NCBI GenBank assembly: GCA_025935195.1
Contig: JAICVS010000001.1
Coordinates: 44,518-108,517 of the forward strand
From: Ktedonobacterales bacterium
GTDB lineage: Bacteria; Chloroflexota; Ktedonobacteria; Ktedonobacterales; JADMIN01
Direction: 5' to 3'
Length of the DNA stretch: 64,000 nt
Every line of letters begins with the position of its first letter. Position 1 is the stretch's first letter. Both the position numbers and the translations under genes were made by a program. Below the pieces are notes generated by a model. It was not told the origin of the DNA and did not search any database. It was given only the letters and a program-made list of their open reading frames with translations. Shown here in pieces: positions 1 through 7,588 of the stretch.

Positions 1-900
1 CGCGCCGATCTGCGCCTTCAACGCCTCGATCCCCTCGAAGCGCCGCTCCTCGCGCAGCCGCGCCACGAATTCCAGCGCGAGCGGCAGGCCGTACAGATCA
101 ACCTCGGCGTCGAGCAGATGCGCCTCGACCAGCAGTCGCGGCTCGCCGCCAAACGTCGGCCGCACACCGATGTTGCAGACGGCAGCGTGCTGGGCCGCGC
201 CCTCGCCCGGCAAGCGCGCGCGCGCGGCGTAGACGCCGTTCGCCGGCAGCGCCTTGCCCGCGTCGGGGCGCAGGTTCGCCGTCGGGAAGCCGAGCAGCCG
301 CCCACGCTGATCGCCGCGCACCACCTCGCCGCCAAGCGTATAGAGCCGGCCCAGCAGTGCCGCCGCCTCTTCCACGCGCCCCTCACGCAGCAGCGCGCGG
401 ATGCGCGAGCTGCTGACACGCTCGCCGGCCGCGTCGCGCACGTCCTTGCTTTCGACGCGGAACCCGCGCCGCGCGCCCAGCTCGCGCAGGTAGGCCATCG
501 TGCCGGCACGGTCGTGGCCGAGCGTGAATCGCTCGCCCTCCACCAGCGCGCGCGGCTCACAGAACCCCGCGACGAGATCGAGAAACGCTTCGGGCGTGCG
601 TTGAGACAGCTCCGGCGTGAACGGGATGACGACGACAGTGTCCAGCGCGCCCAACCCCGCCATGAGCGCCAGCTTCTCATCCAGCGTCGTCAGCAGCGGC
701 GGCGCCTCATCAGGACGCAGGATCGCCGCCGGATGCGGCCAGAAGGTCACGGCGACGGGACGCGAATGCTCACGCTCCGCCAGCTCGGCCACGCGCATGA
801 TCAGCCGCTGGTGGCCGCCGTGTACACCGTCGAAGACGCCGATGGACAGCACCGACGGCCCCAGCGGCGCGATGGCTCCCAGCAGATATTCGACGCGCAT
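1..900 (-). CDS. ribF: Bifunctional riboflavin kinase / FMN adenylyltransferase; the 3' end runs off the window start
   Basis: My own minus-strand translation from the ATG at 898-900 reads MRVEYLLGAIAPLGPSVLSIGVFDGVHGGHQRLI...LLGFPTANL...EAHLLD. It is absent from the ORF track because there is no stop inside the window. The listed ORFs 118..1080(+) and 18..680(-) are antisense or off-frame artefacts. Confidence 0.9.
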   Translation of the reverse strand, partial: MRVEYLLGAIAPLGPSVLSIGVFDGVHGGHQRLIMRVAELAEREHSRPVAVTFWPHPAAILRPDEAPPLLTTLDEKLALMAGLGALDTVVVIPFTPELSQRTPEAFLDLVAGFCEPRALVEGERFTLGHDRAGTMAYLRELGARRGFRVESKDVRDAAGERVSSSRIRALLREGRVEEAAALLGRLYTLGGEVVRGDQRGRLLGFPTANLRPDAGKALPANGVYAARARLPGEGAAQHAAVCNIGVRPTFGGEPRLLVEAHLLDAEVDLYGLPLALEFVARLREERRFEGIEALKAQIGA

Positions 901-1135
901 GACATCCTCATCTCCGGCCATCCGGGCAACCCACTGTCAACCGCCGGTATACTATCACGGCTGAGCGCGCCCCGCAATTTGCGCGGCGGCAGACGCCTGC
1001 GCGGTCCTGGCGGGCATGCCACAGCGCCCCTACCAGTTACGACGTTTGCACAACCCGATCCGGCGCCGCTTTCTCTGTGAAGTGTGCCACATTCCGCCGC
1101 GCATGGGGACGCAAGCCGGCGGATGATGCTCTCTT

Positions 1136-1263
1136 CCCAAGCGAAACGGCGCCTCGCCGCATCTCTCTCCAGTCCGGCTTGGCCGGACTTCGCGGCCAAC
1201 GGCCATCCAGGCGCGAATTCATTCGCCGGCTGGCCCATGCGGCGGTCTGTCCATCGTACATGG
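1136..1263 (+). repeat. Dispersed intergenic repeat family A, copy 1 (~125 nt)
   Basis: Aligns by eye to 2378..2508 and, in reverse, to 61905..62010. The shared core is CTTCGCGGCCAACGGCC..CCAGGCGCGA(A/T)T..ATTCGCCGGC, and it contains the hairpin GCGAAT-TC-ATTCGC at 1213-1226. Confidence 0.7.
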
Positions 1264-1290
1264 TCACACCGCATCTCATACTGGCTTGTT

Positions 1291-1378
1291 CTGAGTTGTT
1301 GTCATTCTCGCGCTTGTCCTGACACCAGGATTACCCCCGGCATTCATGCCGGGGGGCCAGCGAATGACGACAACTCAG
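1291..1378 (+). repeat. Dispersed repeat family B, copy 1: 17-bp perfect inverted repeat enclosing a GC-rich tetraloop hairpin
   Basis: CTGAGTTGTTGTCATTC (1291-1307) pairs with GAATGACGACAACTCAG (1362-1378). The inner hairpin is CCCCGGCA-TTCA-TGCCGGGG. Related copies lie at 4731..4812 and 56243..56329 (reverse). Confidence 0.75.
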
Positions 1379-1420
1379 CCCAAAGGACCATCACACACGC
1401 TGAGGAACGCCGCCCGCTCC

Positions 1421-1449
1421 TTGACGCTGCCACGCGAACTGGCTACACT
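1421..1449 (+). promoter_or_regulatory. Sigma70-like promoter candidate upstream of cysE
   Basis: TTGACG (1421-1426), a 17-nt spacer, then TACACT (1444-1449). This is a pattern match only. Confidence 0.35.
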
Positions 1450-1518
1450 TCCCTTTCGGAACCGTAGATGCGGCTACCGTCGTGTATTGACCGCGAAGCC
1501 GAAAGCCAGCCACATCCC

Positions 1519-2223
1519 ATGCGCCAGCAGGTCAGCCCAACGGACCTCGACATCTTCACCGGACAGCGCGGCGAGCGCGGCGAACCGCGCGAAGACGGCC
1601 TGCGTCCGCCGGATCGCCCTACGACGCCGCGCCAGCGCACGCGCTGGCCCGACGCCATTGACGTGGTGTTCGAGAAGGATCCGGCCGCGCGCAACATCTT
1701 CGAAGCGCTGACCTACCAGGGGCTGCACGCGATCTTCTATCATCGCATCGCGCATGCGCTCTACCTGCGGCGCATCCCCTTCCTGCCCCGCCTCATCTCC
1801 CAATTCGCCCGCCTCGCCACCGGCGGCATCGAGATTCATCCCGGCGCGCGCATCGGCAAGCGCTTCTTCATTGACCACGGCACGGGCGTCGTCATCGGCG
1901 AGACGGCGGAGATCGGCGACAACGTCATGCTGTACCATCAAGTGACGCTGGGCGCCACCGGCTGGTGGAAGCATCGCGGCGACGGTCGCGTCAAGCGCCA
2001 CCCCACCATCGAGGACAGCGTCACCATCGGCGTCGGCGCGTCCATCCTCGGCCCCATCACCATCGGCCACGACAGCAAGATCGGCGCGATGGCCCTCGTG
2101 CTCCAATCGCTGCCCCCCCATTCAGTCGTCGTGGCGCAGCCCGCCCAGTTGGTCCACCGGCAGGGCGAGAAGACCGAGCTGGAAAGCCTCGACGAGGAAG
2201 ACTACCTCGACTATTCCATCTGA
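1519..2223 (+). CDS. cysE: Serine O-acetyltransferase
   Basis: The ORF 1468..2223 contains [26 protein letters not shown] and the hexapeptide-repeat region [34 protein letters not shown]...KRHPTIED. The start is uncertain between 1468 and 1519. Third-position GC rises after 1519, so I chose 1519. Confidence 0.85.
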   Translation: MRQQVSPTDLDIFTGQRGERGEPREDGLRPPDRPTTPRQRTRWPDAIDVVFEKDPAARNIFEALTYQGLHAIFYHRIAHALYLRRIPFLPRLISQFARLATGGIEIHPGARIGKRFFIDHGTGVVIGETAEIGDNVMLYHQVTLGATGWWKHRGDGRVKRHPTIEDSVTIGVGASILGPITIGHDSKIGAMALVLQSLPPHSVVVAQPAQLVHRQGEKTELESLDEEDYLDYSI

Positions 2224-2377
2224 CTGCTGCTCAGGCGGGCTGGCGGGTGCAATCGCGCCGGGATAGCATGCCACCACGGACCTCACCGGCGCGGACTCAT
2301 CTCATACGGAATCCAGCGCGTTCGGTGGCCTTCTCCGGCCTTCAGCCCCCGCTCTATCGTGCGCCGGCCCGAATGCG

Positions 2378-2508
2378 TTTTGACAAAGAGCAGCGGACAC
2401 CGCGCCGCTTCTCCAGCCTGCGCGGGCGGGCTTCGCGGCCAACGGCCCCCAGGCGCGATTGCAATCGCCGGCCGGCTCGCTCGGGTGGCCTGCCCACCGT
2501 ACATTGTA
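2378..2508 (+). repeat. Repeat family A, copy 2
   Basis: Same core as 1136..1263. The hairpin here is GCGATT-GC-AATCGC (2455-2468), a compensatory change relative to copy 1. Confidence 0.7.
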
Positions 2509-2605
2509 AAACTCCATCAGTGCCGCGAGCGCCCATGATCAAACCGGACATGCTATCATGCCAGATGGGCGAGTACCGCCGTGGAATGGGGAGGGGCGAG
2601 CGAGC

Positions 2606-3103
2606 ATGAAGGATGACCGGGACAGTCGGGAGCGCGACAATCAGCCGCGAGAGGCACAGGCGCGCGTCCGCATCGGCGTCTTCGCCGTCATCGAGCGCGA
2701 CGGACGCTATCTGCTGGCACGGCGCCGCGACATCGGCTGGTGGAATCTGGCCGGCGGCGGCATGGAGTATGGCGAGACCGTGGAGGAGGCGCTGGCGCGC
2801 GAGGTGCGCGAAGAGATCGGCTGCGCGATCCAGATCCGCCGGCTGGTCGGCGTCTATTCCAAGCCGCGCAAACGCGAGGTGGTCTTCGCGTTTCTCTGCG
2901 CGCTGGCGCCGGACAGCCCGGAGCCGGAGACGAGCGAGGAGGTCTCAGAGGTGGCATGGTTCGTGCCGCCGGAGTTCCCCGCCGATCTCTTACCCAAGCA
3001 CCGCCAGCGGCTAGAGGATGCGCTGCTGGATCGCGCCGAGACCATCGTGCGCGCGCAGCTCACATCCACCGAGGACGATCAGCGCCGGCCGGCAGGATTG
3101 TAG
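2606..3103 (+). CDS. NUDIX hydrolase
   Basis: NUDIX box GGGMEYGETVEEALAREVREEIGC. I prefer the ATG at 2606, which is preceded by GGGAGGGG, over the ORF-track start at 2558. Confidence 0.85.
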   Translation: MKDDRDSRERDNQPREAQARVRIGVFAVIERDGRYLLARRRDIGWWNLAGGGMEYGETVEEALAREVREEIGCAIQIRRLVGVYSKPRKREVVFAFLCALAPDSPEPETSEEVSEVAWFVPPEFPADLLPKHRQRLEDALLDRAETIVRAQLTSTEDDQRRPAGL

Positions 3104-3269
3104 CGACGAGCGAGCGGCCAGCATTCCGCGTGACGATGGTCCTACCCGACCAGGACCGGCGGCGTCTTGGATGGACGCGCGCGCGTGGCGGCGGATATAG
3201 TGGGAGGTACCCGTCCGGCAGCGTGGCCGCGGCCGGACGGCCAGCGGGAGGGCAGACGGGAGGATCTCC

Positions 3270-4235
3270 ATGGACGCGGTTGCCGCCGGCGCGCCCCCGC
3301 CCACCATCCTTGTGGTCGAGGACGATCCCCGCATCGGCCGGCTCCTGCGGCACACCCTTGAGGCGGAGGGGTTCACCGCGGTGGTCACGCCGACCGGCGA
3401 GGAGGGCATCACCTATGCCCTGCGCGAAGTGCCCCAACTGCTCATCCTCGACATCATGCTCCCAGGCATGGACGGCTTCCAGGTCGTCGAGCACCTGCGC
3501 GCGCACGCCAAGACCGCCCACATCCCCGTCGTCATGCTCAGCGCGCGCCACGACACCGCCGACAAGGTGCGCGCCTTCGAGTCCGAGGTCAACGACTACC
3601 TCACCAAGCCGTTCAACAGCGACGAGCTGCTGGCGCGCATCCGCAACCAGCTCCGCCACGTGCGTGAGACCCTGCTCTCCTCGCTGACCGGCCTCCCCTC
3701 CGGCCTGCGTGTAGAGCGCGCCATCGAGCAGCAGCTCGAATCCCCCGCCCACTGGTCCATCCTCTACGTTGATCTGGACAATTTCAAGGCCTACAACGAC
3801 GTCTACGGCCCCATCCGCGGCAACGACATCATCCAACTGCTCGGCCGCATCACCACCGAAAGCGTGCGCGACGAGGGCAACCTGAGCGACTTCGTGGGCC
3901 ACATCGGCGGCGACGATTTCGTCGTCGTCACCAGCCCCGACCGCGTGGATGGCATCTGCCGCACCCTCATCGCCCACTGGGACACGGAAAGCCTCGCGCT
4001 CTACGATGCCGACGACGTGGCGCGCGGCACGCTGATCGCCAGGGATCGCCAGGGCCAGCCGCAGGTCTATCCGCTCATCGGCGTCTCCATCGGCGTGGTG
4101 ACGAACAGTCACCGGCCAATCGCCACGATGGAAGAGGTCAGCCGCATCGCCGCCGAGGTCAAATACAAGGCCAAGTCGCAGCGCGGCAGCACCTACTACA
4201 TTGACCAGCGCGCCGGCCCCGCCTCCCTCTCCTGA
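3270..4235 (+). CDS. Response regulator (REC) fused to a GGDEF-type nucleotide cyclase domain; the motif reads GGDDF
   Basis: REC motifs: ILVVEDD, DIMLPGMDG, KPF. Palm domain: YVDLDNFKAYNDVYG...VGHIGGDDFVVV. RBS GGGAGGA lies upstream. Confidence 0.85.
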   Translation: MDAVAAGAPPPTILVVEDDPRIGRLLRHTLEAEGFTAVVTPTGEEGITYALREVPQLLILDIMLPGMDGFQVVEHLRAHAKTAHIPVVMLSARHDTADKVRAFESEVNDYLTKPFNSDELLARIRNQLRHVRETLLSSLTGLPSGLRVERAIEQQLESPAHWSILYVDLDNFKAYNDVYGPIRGNDIIQLLGRITTESVRDEGNLSDFVGHIGGDDFVVVTSPDRVDGICRTLIAHWDTESLALYDADDVARGTLIARDRQGQPQVYPLIGVSIGVVTNSHRPIATMEEVSRIAAEVKYKAKSQRGSTYYIDQRAGPASLS

Positions 4236-4292
4236 CGCCCGCTCACCCCCGCGCGCGATCATTCACAAGCCCTGAAGGGTGAAGGTCTCTCC

Positions 4293-4321
4293 TTGACATC
4301 CCCCTCTATTTATGGTAACTT
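4293..4321 (+). promoter_or_regulatory. Sigma70-like promoter candidate ~170 nt upstream of repeat C1
   Basis: TTGACA (4293-4298), a 17-nt spacer, then TAACTT (4316-4321), in a locally AT-rich patch. The -10 match is weak. Confidence 0.3.
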
Positions 4322-4462
4322 AGTTCTATCATCGCGGTGCCACCCCCCGCACCGCCAGCACCTTACCAACTCCATACACCAGGCAAACGCCCAACCCGCA
4401 CCCACTGACTGACGACCAGTCATATTCACATGATGCCGTGGACACCGCCGCACCCCACCACC

Positions 4463-4657
4463 CTTGCCGCTTGTGCCGCCCACCGTGCCATCCGTTGCCA
4501 CTTCATTGCCGTTTCTTGCCGCTTTTGCCACCCATAATACGAAACGTCAAGTTCGTATGGGCCGCAAATCGGCTTGAATGCGGCATTCGAGAGGAGAACG
4601 CCCATGATACAAAATCAAAAAGCGGCAAAAACGGCAATGTTGACCATCCCACTCAAC
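4463..4657 (+). repeat. Repeat family C, copy 1: long-hairpin element with a phased TGCC array on its 5' side
   Basis: The left arm CATTGCCGTTTCTTGCCGCTTTT (from 4504) is complementary to the right arm AAAAGCGGCAAAAACGGCAATG, giving ~22 bp with one bulge. The conserved 3' tail is GTTGACCATCCCACTCAAC. Other copies lie at 26907..27085(-) and 47540..47739(+). Confidence 0.75.
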
Positions 4658-4730
4658 ATTGCCGCGCATGACGATCCCCGCCAAGGGCAACACTGCACCG
4701 GCGACCTGGGATCAGTCGCGCCGCTTTGCT

Positions 4731-4812
4731 CTGAGGTGTCGTCATTGACCAGATCGGCTCGTCACGGGATTACCCCCGGCATTCATGCCGGGAGGCCAAC
4801 GAACGACACCCA
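4731..4812 (+). repeat. Repeat family B, copy 2
   Basis: GGATTACCCCCGGCATTCATGCCGGGAGGCCAACGAACGAC is shared with copies 1 and 3. The flanking arms GAGGTGTCGTCATTG and CAACGAACGACACCC are imperfectly inverted. Confidence 0.7.
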
Positions 4813-4966
4813 TTCAACGCAAATCGGTATGATCCGGCTATGCCGCCCCCATGCGCCCGGCGTGACGGCCGGGCGGCGGCGCGCGGTACAATGCGAATGC
4901 GACAAGCCATCTCCGATCCGCCGCTCGCGCATCAGACAGGCAGCGCCGAGGAGGCACGATAGAGGC

Positions 4967-5482
4967 ATGAGCGAGAAAACGACGAAGGGCGCGACACAAC
5001 GGACGCCGCGGGCCGCTCCGCGTACCGCCCGCACGAGCGGCAAGGCGACGAAAGGTGCCGCGGCGTCGGCAACGCAGCCGGCCAGCGCCACGCCGGAAGT
5101 GCCCCTGTCATTGGACGAGGAGCGCCAGCGGCAGGCCGTGCGCGAGAACGCCAAGCGCGTCATCCGCGAGAGCGGCATCGGCGAGATGCTGCGCACGCTG
5201 AACCACAACGCCCTGCAAGAGCGCGGCTGGTTCGAAGAGTATGATTCCGGCGTGATCATGAAGTGGGGCACGGGCTACACGCGCCGCCACATCTGGGTGG
5301 ACATCACCGGCGACGCACTGCGTTTCCGCCTGCTGCCGCACATCAAATGCGCCGCGCCCATGCCGGCCTGCGACGGCGAGTATCATAGCTTCACCCGCGA
5401 AACCTGGCGCCTGCCCGGCGCGCTGCTGCGCGAGCTACACCGCAACTACGAGCATCCCGTAGCCGAAACCTCGGAGGACTAA
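4967..5482 (+). CDS. Hypothetical protein
   Basis: This is an in-frame ATG within ORF 4574..5482, preceded by GAGGAGGC. The upstream part of that ORF runs through repeats C1 and B2 and is probably not coding. I recognised no family. Confidence 0.5.
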   Translation: MSEKTTKGATQRTPRAAPRTARTSGKATKGAAASATQPASATPEVPLSLDEERQRQAVRENAKRVIRESGIGEMLRTLNHNALQERGWFEEYDSGVIMKWGTGYTRRHIWVDITGDALRFRLLPHIKCAAPMPACDGEYHSFTRETWRLPGALLRELHRNYEHPVAETSED

Positions 5483-5487
5483 GCACC

Positions 5488-7572
5488 ATGTCCAGACCGC
5501 TGACCCCCGACGACCTGTACGCGCTCACGTGGATCGAGGATCCACGTATCTCGCCCGACGGCACACGCATCGCCTTCGTGCGCCTCGAAATTGACCGCGA
5601 GGGCTACGAGTCCAAACGCTCGATCTGGACGATCCCGGCGGCGGGCGGCGCGCCGCGCCAGTTCACCGCCGGCCCGAAAGACAGCGCGCCGCGCTGGTCG
5701 CCGGATGGGCGCACCGTCGCCTTCCTGCGTGCGCCGGCCGGTGAGGTGAAACCCAAGAACAAAGAGGAGCGCGAGCAGGGCGTCGGCCGTCCCCAGCTCT
5801 GGCTGATCCCGGCCGACGGCGGCGAGGCGCGGCAGCTCACGCATCTGCGCCACGGCGCGGGCGCCGCCGTCTGGTCGCCCGACGGCAAGACCATCCTCTT
5901 CAGCGCCAGGACCGGCGAGCCGGACGACGCCGAGGCCGAAGACGCCGCACTCGCCAGCAAGTCGCTGCCCAAGGTCCGCACCATCTCCGAGCTATGGAAC
6001 AAGCTGGACGGCGTCGGCTACATCTACGAGCTGCGCGCGCACCTCTTCACCGTTCCCGCGGAGGGCGGCGAGCCAAACGAACCCAAGCAGCTCACCGACG
6101 GCGACTGGGACGACGGCGAGCCGGCCTGGTCGCCTGACGGCGCGCGCATCGCCTTCACATCCGACCGCAGCGCCGAGCGCTGGCGCTGGCCCGCCGCGCA
6201 GGTCTGGACGGTGGACGCGCACGGCGGCGAGCCGCGCCGGTTGATTGACGAGGCGCTCGGCAGTTCCGCGCCGTCCTGGTCGCCCGACGGCAAGACCGTC
6301 GCCTTCCTCGGCCAGCCGCGGCGCGGCGAGTTCGGCCACACCGATCTGTACGTCGTGGCCGCCGATGGCGAGCCGGGCGGCGCGACGATGCTGACCCAGG
6401 ACTTCGTGCCGGTTTGCGACGACCGCTGCATAGACGATCAGCGCGACCACGCGCCGATCCACCTCGAATGGTCGCCGGACAGCCGCGCCATCTACTTCCT
6501 CGGCTCGCTGCGCGGCACCACCCACGTCTACGCCGCCAAACCCGAAGGCGGCCTGTTGCCGCGCCGTGTCACCGAGGGCGACCGCCACGTCTACGCCTTC
6601 TCGCTGGATCGCGCCGGCCATACGCTGGCGCTCGGCGTCTCCGATCCCGCCATTCCCGGCGACCTCTACGCGCAGTCGCTCGGCGAGAATGGCGCGAACG
6701 GCCAGCAGGGCGGCGAGCAGGGCGGCGAGCAGGGGCCGCGCCGCCTGACCAACCTGAACGAATCGCTGCTGTCTGAGGTCGAGCTGGCGCGGCAGGAGGA
6801 GTTCACCTTCACCGGATCGGACGGCTGGGAGCTGCAAGGCTGGGTGATGCGCCCGCCACGCGCCAAAGCGGCGGAGCTGGCGCCGGCCGTGCTCGAAATC
6901 CACGGCGGCCCGGCCTACATGTACGGCTGCACCTTCTTCCTGGAGTTCCAGTTGCTCGCCGCCAAGGGCTACGCCGTCATCTTCAGCAATCCACGCGGCG
7001 GCACCGGCTACGGCCGCACCTTCACGCACGCGGTCACAGGCGACTGGGGCAACAAAGACTACCAGGACATCATGGCCGGGCTGGACGCGGCCATCGCGCG
7101 CGGCGGCATTGACGCGAACCGCCTGGGCGTGGCCGGCGGCAGCTACGGCGGCTACATGACGAACTGGATCGTCGGCCACACCGATCGCTTCAAGGCGGCG
7201 GTGACGATGCGCTGCGTCTCCAACTTCGCCACCATGTTCGGCATGAGCGACATCGGCTGGGGGCTGGCGGTGGACGAGTGGCAGGCGGCGCCGTGGGAAG
7301 ACCTCAACAAGCTGATGGATCGCTCGCCCATCACTTACGTCGCCAATATCCACACGCCGCTCTTGATCCTGCACAGCGACAACGATCTGCGCTGCCCGCT
7401 TGGTGAGGCACAGCAGCTGTTCTCGGCCCTCAAATACCTGGGTCGTCAGACCAAGCTGGTAGTCTTCGAGGGGCAATCACACGGCCTCTCGCGCGGCGGC
7501 CATCCCCGCTCGCGCGTGCTGCGCCTAAAGGAGATCGAGAACTGGTTCGAAAAGTACATCCCGGTAGGCTGA
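5488..7572 (+). CDS. S9 family serine peptidase (prolyl oligopeptidase / acylaminoacyl-peptidase type) with an N-terminal beta-propeller
   Basis: Repeated WSPDG propeller motifs, the nucleophile elbow GGSYGGYM, and the C-terminal HSDNDLRCP...GQSHG. RBS GGAGGA. Confidence 0.9.
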   Translation: MSRPLTPDDLYALTWIEDPRISPDGTRIAFVRLEIDREGYESKRSIWTIPAAGGAPRQFTAGPKDSAPRWSPDGRTVAFLRAPAGEVKPKNKEEREQGVGRPQLWLIPADGGEARQLTHLRHGAGAAVWSPDGKTILFSARTGEPDDAEAEDAALASKSLPKVRTISELWNKLDGVGYIYELRAHLFTVPAEGGEPNEPKQLTDGDWDDGEPAWSPDGARIAFTSDRSAERWRWPAAQVWTVDAHGGEPRRLIDEALGSSAPSWSPDGKTVAFLGQPRRGEFGHTDLYVVAADGEPGGATMLTQDFVPVCDDRCIDDQRDHAPIHLEWSPDSRAIYFLGSLRGTTHVYAAKPEGGLLPRRVTEGDRHVYAFSLDRAGHTLALGVSDPAIPGDLYAQSLGENGANGQQGGEQGGEQGPRRLTNLNESLLSEVELARQEEFTFTGSDGWELQGWVMRPPRAKAAELAPAVLEIHGGPAYMYGCTFFLEFQLLAAKGYAVIFSNPRGGTGYGRTFTHAVTGDWGNKDYQDIMAGLDAAIARGGIDANRLGVAGGSYGGYMTNWIVGHTDRFKAAVTMRCVSNFATMFGMSDIGWGLAVDEWQAAPWEDLNKLMDRSPITYVANIHTPLLILHSDNDLRCPLGEAQQLFSALKYLGRQTKLVVFEGQSHGLSRGGHPRSRVLRLKEIENWFEKYIPVG

Positions 7573-7588
7573 ACCCGTCCAGCGCCGG

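Noticed and set aside
118-1080. A 320-aa plus-strand ORF, and the 220-aa minus-strand ORF at 18..680, at the window start
   Set aside because: Both are Arg/Ala-rich nonsense. The real gene is ribF in another minus-strand frame, which I translated by hand and which shows a clear family match. This is a typical high-GC shadow ORF.
3060-4262. A 400-aa minus-strand ORF antisense to the REC-GGDEF gene. Similar long antisense ORFs are 5992..7476(-), 7649..9016(+), 9081..11504(+), 35584..36633(+), 37535..39292(-), 49066..50397(-), 52022..53377(+), 54585..56123(-) and 58676..59893(-).
   Set aside because: Each overlaps a gene on the opposite strand that has recognisable domain motifs. Their translations are low-complexity and rich in Arg, Gly, Ala, Asp, Glu and Val, with no motifs. 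These are shadow ORFs expected at this GC content.
4463-4657. Whether repeat families A to D constitute a CRISPR array
   Set aside because: The copies are kilobases apart, differ in length and orientation, and are not interspersed with similar-sized unique spacers. No cas genes are present.
4574-4966. A possible N-terminal extension of the hypothetical gene, starting at the ATG at 4604, which has a GAGGAG RBS 7 nt upstream
   Set aside because: The extension would be encoded by repeats C1 and B2. The equivalent sequences in the other copies fall in different reading frames and lack the ATG, so protein-level conservation is absent. It is not fully excluded.
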